A stretch of DNA of 32,000 bases from Promethearchaeota archaeon (GTDB lineage Archaea; Asgardarchaeota; Lokiarchaeia; Sigyniarchaeales; SOKP01): the NCBI GenBank assembly GCA_030606485.1, contig JAUWGH010000008.1:180001-212000 (forward strand), in the 5' to 3' direction. This document shows positions 25,732 through 32,000 of the stretch, piece after piece. Numbering within the stretch: the first letter of the stretch is position 1; each line of letters opens with the position of its first letter. A program made the position numbers and the translations under genes. Under the pieces are notes generated by a model. That model was not told the origin of the DNA, ran no database searches, and saw nothing but the letters and a program-made list of their open reading frames with translations.

Positions 25732-26994
25732 TTAAAAGAAATTTTGAAATTTATTATTTGCAATATTTTTTCTGTCTTGAACTCTCTCTTCCTTACTTTT
25801 ATTCATTTTGAGTGCATTATTACAAATTTCTTTTCCAATAATTACTGAAGGATTAGTCGCCCAATTCACATTAATCATCATACAAAAGAAATATACACTC
25901 GTTTGAATAAATGATATTAACTCTGTGATTGATTTAAGATATACATCTTTACTTGATATTTTTGCCGAAGGGACATCTTTTTCAATTAATGCTTGAAATG
26001 TAGCATCAGCTTGAAAATTAATTATTTCTTCAGCCGATTTTCCATTAATAAAATCTATTTTCGAACTTAAACTATAATCATGTTTTTCTTCATCAGTCGT
26101 CCATAGAATCGGGCTTACAGAACCGGAGCTTCCTCCTAGAAGAAATTCAAGGATTGAATGTTGGCACAATGGTGCTGGCTGATAAGTTCCTATCAAACCT
26201 TTCCCATCTTTACCGCTACTTTCGCTCAATCCTTGAACAAATAAACCAGTCATATATTCTAAATCTTTAAAGTAGGGCATAGAAAATATGTTATGATAAC
26301 CCTTTAAATAGAGATTATATAAAAAAGTTGCTAATTCTAATGCATAATTTCGATTATCAGAATTATTTGCAATATTCTCTAAATCCATAAAATGAGAATA
26401 GCCATAGTCTAGGTATTTTAAAAATGCATTAATATCAATTCCTGCAATATATGCAGGAGCAAGAGCTACATTTGTAATTGAAGCAGCGAATCTCCCTGAA
26501 AGATCTGGAGCATCTAAAATTGAGCAACCTATTTCTTTTAAAATTTCATTCATAGGTCCTCTGGAAGATATACCGAGAAAAGGAAAATTTTTTTGAAGAA
26601 ATAATTCAAGTGTGGAATTGATATCTAATGTTTTTCCACCGCGAGAAATAGGAATTACAAGAGAATTATTTTCATTGCAAAATTTTAAACAATTATTAAT
26701 CTCACTTGGTCTTGAACTTGTAATTGGGAAAATCTTTTTCTCTGTAAGATGGCTCAAGCATAATAATGTTTGAATTGAACCCCCAGTTCCTAAGATAATT
26801 AAATTTCTAATATTCTCATTATTTTTATAACCTTCACAAATCTTTTCTATGTGTTTTAAATCTACAAAATCGGAAGTATTTATAAAAAAAGGCTCATCCC
26901 AATTATGCTTATTTTTTGAAATAAGTTCCTTTGCTTCTAATAATTTATCTATTGATAATTGTGGATAATATTCAAAATTTAAATTAAGATCCAA
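25732..26994 (-). CDS. pgi: Glucose-6-phosphate isomerase-like double-SIS protein
   Basis: 420 aa with LGTGGS, SRGGKTLD, SGRFA, SESSGKDGKG, QHS and VIIGK, equivalent to PGI motifs. TTG start with AGGTG SD. Confidence 0.7.
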   Translation of the reverse strand: MDLNLNFEYYPQLSIDKLLEAKELISKNKHNWDEPFFINTSDFVDLKHIEKICEGYKNNENIRNLIILGTGGSIQTLLCLSHLTEKKIFPITSSRPSEINNCLKFCNENNSLVIPISRGGKTLDINSTLELFLQKNFPFLGISSRGPMNEILKEIGCSILDAPDLSGRFAASITNVALAPAYIAGIDINAFLKYLDYGYSHFMDLENIANNSDNRNYALELATFLYNLYLKGYHNIFSMPYFKDLEYMTGLFVQGLSESSGKDGKGLIGTYQPAPLCQHSILEFLLGGSSGSVSPILWTTDEEKHDYSLSSKIDFINGKSAEEIINFQADATFQALIEKDVPSAKISSKDVYLKSITELISFIQTSVYFFCMMINVNWATNPSVIIGKEICNNALKMNKSKEERVQDRKNIANNKFQNFF

Positions 26995-27132
26995 ATAACT
27001 ACACCTAAAAATTTTATATTTTTATCTATAATATTATAATAGTAAAAAAAAGAAGATTAATAAATCCATTAAAAACTTTTTTTAATTATATATTTATTAT
27101 ATGTTATATACAGATAAAAACTGAGAATAACG

Positions 27133-27495
27133 ATGAGTGAAGAACAACTCCAATATTTGTTGACAAATTTAGTGGAGAATGTTGATGGACTCCTATCAAC
27201 TGCATTAATAAGTACAGAAGGATTAATTGTCCAATCTATATTAGAGGAAGAGGTTTCAGAATTAAAAATTGCGGCTATGAGTGCAACTATTCTGTCCACA
27301 TGCGAACGTGTCCTTTTAGAATTAAAACAAGGAGAATTAGATATTTGTGTAATTCAAGGAAATGAAGGAAATTTCATAATTATGAGTGCTGGAGAATCAC
27401 TTATTTTGGTCACTGTCCTCGCAATGGATGCTAGAATGGATATATGTTTTATTGAAATGAGAAAAATTACTAATCAAATAAAAAACCTCTCTTAA
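27133..27495 (+). CDS. Roadblock/LC7-domain protein
   Basis: 120 aa with VDGLLSTALISTEGLIV, IAAMSATIL, GELDICVIQGNEG and ARMDICF. Confidence 0.92.
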   Translation: MSEEQLQYLLTNLVENVDGLLSTALISTEGLIVQSILEEEVSELKIAAMSATILSTCERVLLELKQGELDICVIQGNEGNFIIMSAGESLILVTVLAMDARMDICFIEMRKITNQIKNLS

Positions 27496-27663
27496 GCCAA
27501 TAAAGCAATTTATTTTAAATAAATAAAAGAAAAATTGTTCTACTCTAAAAATTAAAATAGATTTATTTCTTTTAGATAAAAATCATAAATTTTTCACTCT
27601 ACTGATTTTTTTATAATTTTTATTCTTTTATTTCTATTATTCATAAAAATTATGTGATTTATC

Positions 27664-28752
27664 TTGGCAAAAAGCACAACTAAAAAAGTTGCTACTAAAA
27701 ATGAAGGAACTGACGACATATTGGAGATCGAATTGGAAGATATAATAAACGAAGAGGAATTAAACGATGATGAAATATTGGATGAAGAAGAGATTACTGA
27801 AGTAGGTGATGATTTTTATGGAGATATTAAAAGTCTTCCAGGTGTTGGACCTGCCACTAGAAAAAAATTAATTGAAGGAGGATTTACATCTTTAAAATCA
27901 ATAGCTTTTAGTTCTCCAAGATTAATTCAAGAAGAAAGTGGATTAGGCGAAAAAACAGTAGCAAAATTAGTTAAAGCAGCGATGGAGATTTTACATATTG
28001 GATTTAAATCTGCTGATGCTATCTGGGAAAAAAGAAAGAAAATTGTAAGAATCACTACCGGAAGCCAGGAGTTAGATGACGCATTAAACGGAGGTATAGA
28101 AACTGGTTCCTTAACTGAATTTTATGGTGAATATCGTACCGGTAAAACTCAAATTATGCATCAATTATGTGTTAATATTCAATTGCCCAAATCAAAGGGT
28201 GGTCTTAATGCAAAAGCATTATATATTGATACTGAAGGGACTTTTAGACCTGAAAGAATTATATCTATGGCAGAAGGATTAGATTTAGATCATAAAAAAA
28301 TATTGAAGAATATAGTTTATGCTCGTGCGTATAATTCCGATCATCAAATGATGCTTGCAAAAGATGCTTCTCGTTTAGCTGTTGAGGAAAATATCAAATT
28401 AATTGTAGTAGATTCATTAATTGGACATTTTCGGAGTGAATATATTGGAAGAGGGACTTTAGCGGATCGTCAACAAACATTAAATTCACATTTACATGAT
28501 TTATTGCGACTTTCTGAACTTCATGAATTGGCAGTATGCGTAACAAATCAAGTTCAATCAGACCCAGGTGTATTTTATGGTAATCCAACAAGAGCTACCG
28601 GTGGAAATATTGTGGCTCATGGCTCTACTATAAGAATCTATCTAAGAAAAGGTAAAGGGGATCAAAGAGTTGCTAAAATTGTTGATGCACCACATTTGCC
28701 GGAGGCTGAAGCAATATTCTTAATCACAGAAGAAGGAATAAAAGGCCTATAA
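27664..28752 (+). CDS. radA: DNA repair and recombination protein RadA
   Basis: 362 aa with HhH LPGVGP, Walker A GEYRTGKTQ, YIDTEGTFRPERI, Walker B IVVDS, RGTLADRQQ and GGNIVAHGST. Confidence 0.97.
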   Translation: MAKSTTKKVATKNEGTDDILEIELEDIINEEELNDDEILDEEEITEVGDDFYGDIKSLPGVGPATRKKLIEGGFTSLKSIAFSSPRLIQEESGLGEKTVAKLVKAAMEILHIGFKSADAIWEKRKKIVRITTGSQELDDALNGGIETGSLTEFYGEYRTGKTQIMHQLCVNIQLPKSKGGLNAKALYIDTEGTFRPERIISMAEGLDLDHKKILKNIVYARAYNSDHQMMLAKDASRLAVEENIKLIVVDSLIGHFRSEYIGRGTLADRQQTLNSHLHDLLRLSELHELAVCVTNQVQSDPGVFYGNPTRATGGNIVAHGSTIRIYLRKGKGDQRVAKIVDAPHLPEAEAIFLITEEGIKGL

Positions 28753-28769
28753 CTTCTTTTAATATTCTC

Positions 28770-31700
28770 TTAATCCTTAATTTTCCAACCATCTTTTAAA
28801 ACAAAAATAATTTTATCTTCCTTTCTTATTTGATTTATGATCACTCTAATTTCTTTTTTAGTTGTTAGTATTTCAGCATCCTCTGCAGTCTTTAATACAG
28901 TTTCTATTAATTTTTCTTTAAGAATTCTTACATCATGACTTTCTTTTAATACTTTAAACACCATTTCTTCAATCTTTTCTTTGTTTTTTAGAAAAGTTTG
29001 TTCTTGTTCTTCAGTGAGAGATATTTCCTCCTCTATTGGCTTCTTTTCGATTTCTTTTTTCTCCTTTTCCTCAATTTCATCAGGTTTAACTTCTGATTTC
29101 TTTTCCTTTTCTGTTATTTCCTTGGTTGTTATTATTTTAGAAGGAATCATTTCAATTTGTTTTTTGGATTTTTCATCTTTCACTTCAATTGGTTCAGCAC
29201 TTTTTCTACGCTTTTTTATAATAATAATTGCTATAGCTCCAACTACTACAACCGCAATAATAGCTAAAACCAGAAAAATTAAAAGCAAATTATCTATTGG
29301 AGGAGCTTTACTTAAAGATATTGTTAAACTTAAGGAAGCACCGTTGTATTTGTAATTTCCCTCGTATAAAACTGTAATATTTACAAACTCAGCGCCCTCT
29401 GGTATTACAATATCATAACTTGCAAGTCCATCTGCATTTGTAATAGAAGTTATCGTTTGTGGGGCAAGACCACCACCAAAATCGAATATTAAACTTATAT
29501 TTTCACCCGAAATTGGAAGATCCGCACTTATTTGTAATAATGATAGGTTAATAGAGACAAATTCCAATTTTATTGAAATACTGAGGATATCCCCAATTCC
29601 AATACTTTCAGGAGCATCGTATAATGATAGATCTACTACATATTTTTCTGAAAATTCAATAGTATATAAAATAGAGCGATTAATATAGTAATCTTCGGTA
29701 AATATAATATTTAAATTGTATGTTTGTGCAGTAAAATTATCGGTTAATAAAATCCAATAATATATATCACCCAAAACAGTAGCTTCATAATTAATGCCAT
29801 CAAGCACCAATATTACATTACTTTGATTGATATAATATCCCGTTATATTATCTTTCAATTTTAGTTGAATCGATAAATTATTGCCAATATATGCATCTGA
29901 AATTGACCCATCTTGAATTTCTAACTCATGCCCATAATCACTTGCACTTAAATTAGAAATTTCAAGCCCTTTATAACCCATTGTAATATAAAATTGAAAC
30001 GTAACGGTCTCCCAGTTATCCTTCATCATTGTTATTGATATTGAATATGTGCCTATTAGATTAGTTGGTATTAACCATTCATATATTCCACTAACTCCAT
30101 TGTAATCGTAATAATTTTGTCCATTGAAATTAAGAATCCCGTTACCATCATTTATCCACATGAAATTATTTTCATCATAGAATGAGAATTGAATTCTAGA
30201 ACTATAGGGTAACCACCCTAAATACGAATTGGAACTTACATCGTAGATTAATTGGCCACTAAATCCATCATGTTCTGGTTGATTTACGCTTATTAACGCT
30301 CCATTAGTTGGTATAAAATTAATTATTAAATAACACGTTATAGACGCACCATGATAACTAGTTTTAACAAATACAATTTTACAGGTATGATTTCCTATAA
30401 GTTCATTAAACGTGCTAATGGTAAACATACATTGTCCTTGACTATTTGTGATATTTTCATATATTTTTTCTCCAGACTGTTCATAATTAAAAATAAAGCT
30501 AGCGTTAGCGCCATTTATTGGATTTCCGTTCTCAGCATTACGAAATTCAACAAGAAATGTTGTATTATAATTTCTATAAATAAAATAGTTAACCCCATCG
30601 ATAATAATATCTCGACCTTCTGGTTGTTCTACATTTAAAATTGAACTGTTTGTAAACCAACTTATAAGCGTTAAATTAAATGTAATAATAGAAGAGTTGT
30701 AGAATGATTTTGATATATTTAAAAGGGCTATATAAGATCTATCTGGAATAAAATTACTTGAATTAATCTCAATCCAACATTCTCCATTAGATCCTGTTAT
30801 ATTTTCATATAATTCACCATTAATTTCCAATTTAACATTAGCATAAGAAACTCTCTCTGAATGAAGAATATCCCAATATTGAATAATAAATGTAGCATTT
30901 GAATCACCTTTTGAATAATATACTTTCAATATTGAATCGTATGACATTTCTCCATTATCATCAAATGCACTCGTAATAGTGATATTAGTTTCACATATCA
31001 CATAAAAGTTATAATTAAAAGTTTGATTTTCATAATATGTTTTATTTCCAGTAATTTCAACTGTTTTGGAGCCATAATCACTAGGCCCAAAATTACCACA
31101 AATAATATTAATTCGGTAAAAGCCGTCGGTTCCATTGGTAACAGATATTGATTGCCATATCCCACCACCAATGCTGTACCAGATGGTTGCACCATTAATT
31201 GCAGCAATTTGATTTATATCTTCAAAATACACATCAATATCAAAATTTTGATTTGTATAAAAAGTATCATCTTGATTTGGTGAAGCTAACGTCAAATCTG
31301 TTTCGCAGATTACATAAAAGTTATAATTAAGCGTTTGATTTTCATAATATGTTTTATTTCCAGTAATTTCTACAGTTTTTAAGCCATAATCATCGGGTCC
31401 AAAATTACCACAAATAATATTAATTCGGTAAAAGCCGTCGGTTCCATTGGTAACAGATATTGATTGCCATATCCCACCATCAATGCTGTACCAGATGGTT
31501 GCACCATTAATTGCAGCATTTTTATTTACATCTTCAAAATACACATCAATATTAAAATTTTGATTAGTATAGAAAGTATCATCTTGATTTGGTGAAGCTA
31601 ACGTCAAATCAGTTTCGCAGATCACATAAAAGTTATAATTAAGCGTTTGATTTTCATAATATGTTTTATTTCCAGTAATTTCTACAGTTTTTAAGCCATA

Positions 31701-32000
31701 ATCATCGGGTCCAAAATTACTGCAATCTACGTTAAATATATAATAACCAATTGTTCCATTATTTGCAATAGTGGATAACCAAGTTCCACCATCAATACTG
31801 TACCAAATTGTTGCTCCATTTATTGCTTCAATTTGATTCGTGTCTTCGAAATAAACAACAACATCAAAATTTTGATTTGTGTAAAAAGAATCATCTTGAT
31901 TTGGTGAAGCTAACGTCAAATCAGTTTCGCAGATTACGTAAAAATAATAATCCAACGTAGAATGATCATAGTAAGATTTATTTACCGAAATTTCTATTTT
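28770..32000 (-). CDS. Large cell-surface protein (5' end outside the window): Ig-like beta-rich repeats, C-terminal TM anchor, Lys/Glu-rich linker and winged-helix-like cytoplasmic domain
   Basis: The frame stays open past the ORF-track TTG at 31955 to the window edge (KIEISVNKSYYDHSTLDYYFYV, itself repeat-like). Numerous N-x-S/T sequons; TM LLLIFLVLAIIAVVVVGAIAIIII followed by KKRRK. Confidence 0.9.
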   Translation of the reverse strand, partial: KIEISVNKSYYDHSTLDYYFYVICETDLTLASPNQDDSFYTNQNFDVVVYFEDTNQIEAINGATIWYSIDGGTWLSTIANNGTIGYYIFNVDCSNFGPDDYGLKTVEITGNKTYYENQTLNYNFYVICETDLTLASPNQDDTFYTNQNFNIDVYFEDVNKNAAINGATIWYSIDGGIWQSISVTNGTDGFYRINIICGNFGPDDYGLKTVEITGNKTYYENQTLNYNFYVICETDLTLASPNQDDTFYTNQNFDIDVYFEDINQIAAINGATIWYSIGGGIWQSISVTNGTDGFYRINIICGNFGPSDYGSKTVEITGNKTYYENQTFNYNFYVICETNITITSAFDDNGEMSYDSILKVYYSKGDSNATFIIQYWDILHSERVSYANVKLEINGELYENITGSNGECWIEINSSNFIPDRSYIALLNISKSFYNSSIITFNLTLISWFTNSSILNVEQPEGRDIIIDGVNYFIYRNYNTTFLVEFRNAENGNPINGANASFIFNYEQSGEKIYENITNSQGQCMFTISTFNELIGNHTCKIVFVKTSYHGASITCYLIINFIPTNGALISVNQPEHDGFSGQLIYDVSSNSYLGWLPYSSRIQFSFYDENNFMWINDGNGILNFNGQNYYDYNGVSGIYEWLIPTNLIGTYSISITMMKDNWETVTFQFYITMGYKGLEISNLSASDYGHELEIQDGSISDAYIGNNLSIQLKLKDNITGYYINQSNVILVLDGINYEATVLGDIYYWILLTDNFTAQTYNLNIIFTEDYYINRSILYTIEFSEKYVVDLSLYDAPESIGIGDILSISIKLEFVSINLSLLQISADLPISGENISLIFDFGGGLAPQTITSITNADGLASYDIVIPEGAEFVNITVLYEGNYKYNGASLSLTISLSKAPPIDNLLLIFLVLAIIAVVVVGAIAIIIIKKRRKSAEPIEVKDEKSKKQIEMIPSKIITTKEITEKEKKSEVKPDEIEEKEKKEIEKKPIEEEISLTEEQEQTFLKNKEKIEEMVFKVLKESHDVRILKEKLIETVLKTAEDAEILTTKKEIRVIINQIRKEDKIIFVLKDGWKIKD
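30999..31934 (-). repeat. Three tandem 312-bp (104-aa) intragenic repeats
   Basis: The marker TTGATTTGGTGAAGCTAACGTCAAATC starts at 31272, 31584 and 31896 (312-bp spacing). Unit runs ICETDLTLASPNQDD...NYNFYV. Confidence 0.97.

Noticed and set aside
827-31207. Antisense or alternative-frame ORFs in the track (e.g. 827-1168, 1418-1843, 2530-2766, 3916-4194, 9011-9316, 10784-10993, 16003-16296, 17557-17913, 18226-18417, 18772-18981, 18978-19226, 19497-19700, 22275-22460, 22633-22818, 23690-23983, 25341-25586, 27069-27299, 28394-28591, 28981-29355, 30351-30638, 30998-31207)
   Set aside because: They lie within or opposite well-supported genes and have no recognisable motifs; typical shadow ORFs.
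30999-31934. Repeats as a CRISPR array or DGR template/variable pair
   Set aside because: The units are 312 bp, in frame and contiguous with no spacers. Differences are not confined to adenines and no reverse transcriptase or cas gene is present.
1-32000. tRNA, rRNA or selenoprotein (in-frame TGA) genes
   Set aside because: No GC-rich cloverleaf or rRNA-like segment was seen, and no gene has an in-frame TGA interrupting a conserved domain.

Overview
Very AT-rich archaeal chromosomal segment, most likely from an Asgard archaeon (Lokiarchaeia/Promethearchaeota-like). This is inferred from a RadA with a Rad51-like Walker A, a Vps29-like protein, a roadblock/LC7 protein, SCP2 proteins, GGTG/GAGG Shine-Dalgarno motifs, TTTATAAA boxes, poly-T terminators and frequent TTG starts. 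Left to right: truncated coaD, a membrane Zn-ribbon gene and DUF1512; SCP2, ppdK, Vps29-like and a second SCP2-like gene; an Fe-ADH/AOR operon whose AOR appears to start at ATA; a 1658-bp-period tandem duplication of a divergent pair (unannotated 55-aa ribbon-helix-helix gene plus CaCA antiporter) with a conserved palindromic operator and a ferredoxin remnant between the copies; a LarA-family gene; a decayed IS607-type element (tnpA remnant, and tnpB pseudogene with a rearranged RuvC-II); a divergent iron-uptake locus (DtxR-FeoA regulator, FeoC-like, feoA, feoB, 4-TM protein, two matching operator boxes); a methyltransferase, a membrane protein, a GT-C-type glycosyltransferase, dCMP deaminase and TrmO with a His-rich tail; one intact and one decayed PIN toxin-antitoxin module; a PGI-like gene, roadblock and radA; and a large surface protein running off the window, with three 312-bp repeats, a TM anchor and a cytoplasmic winged-helix-like domain. 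No rRNA, tRNA or CRISPR array was seen. All family calls come from motif recognition by eye; no database searches were run.
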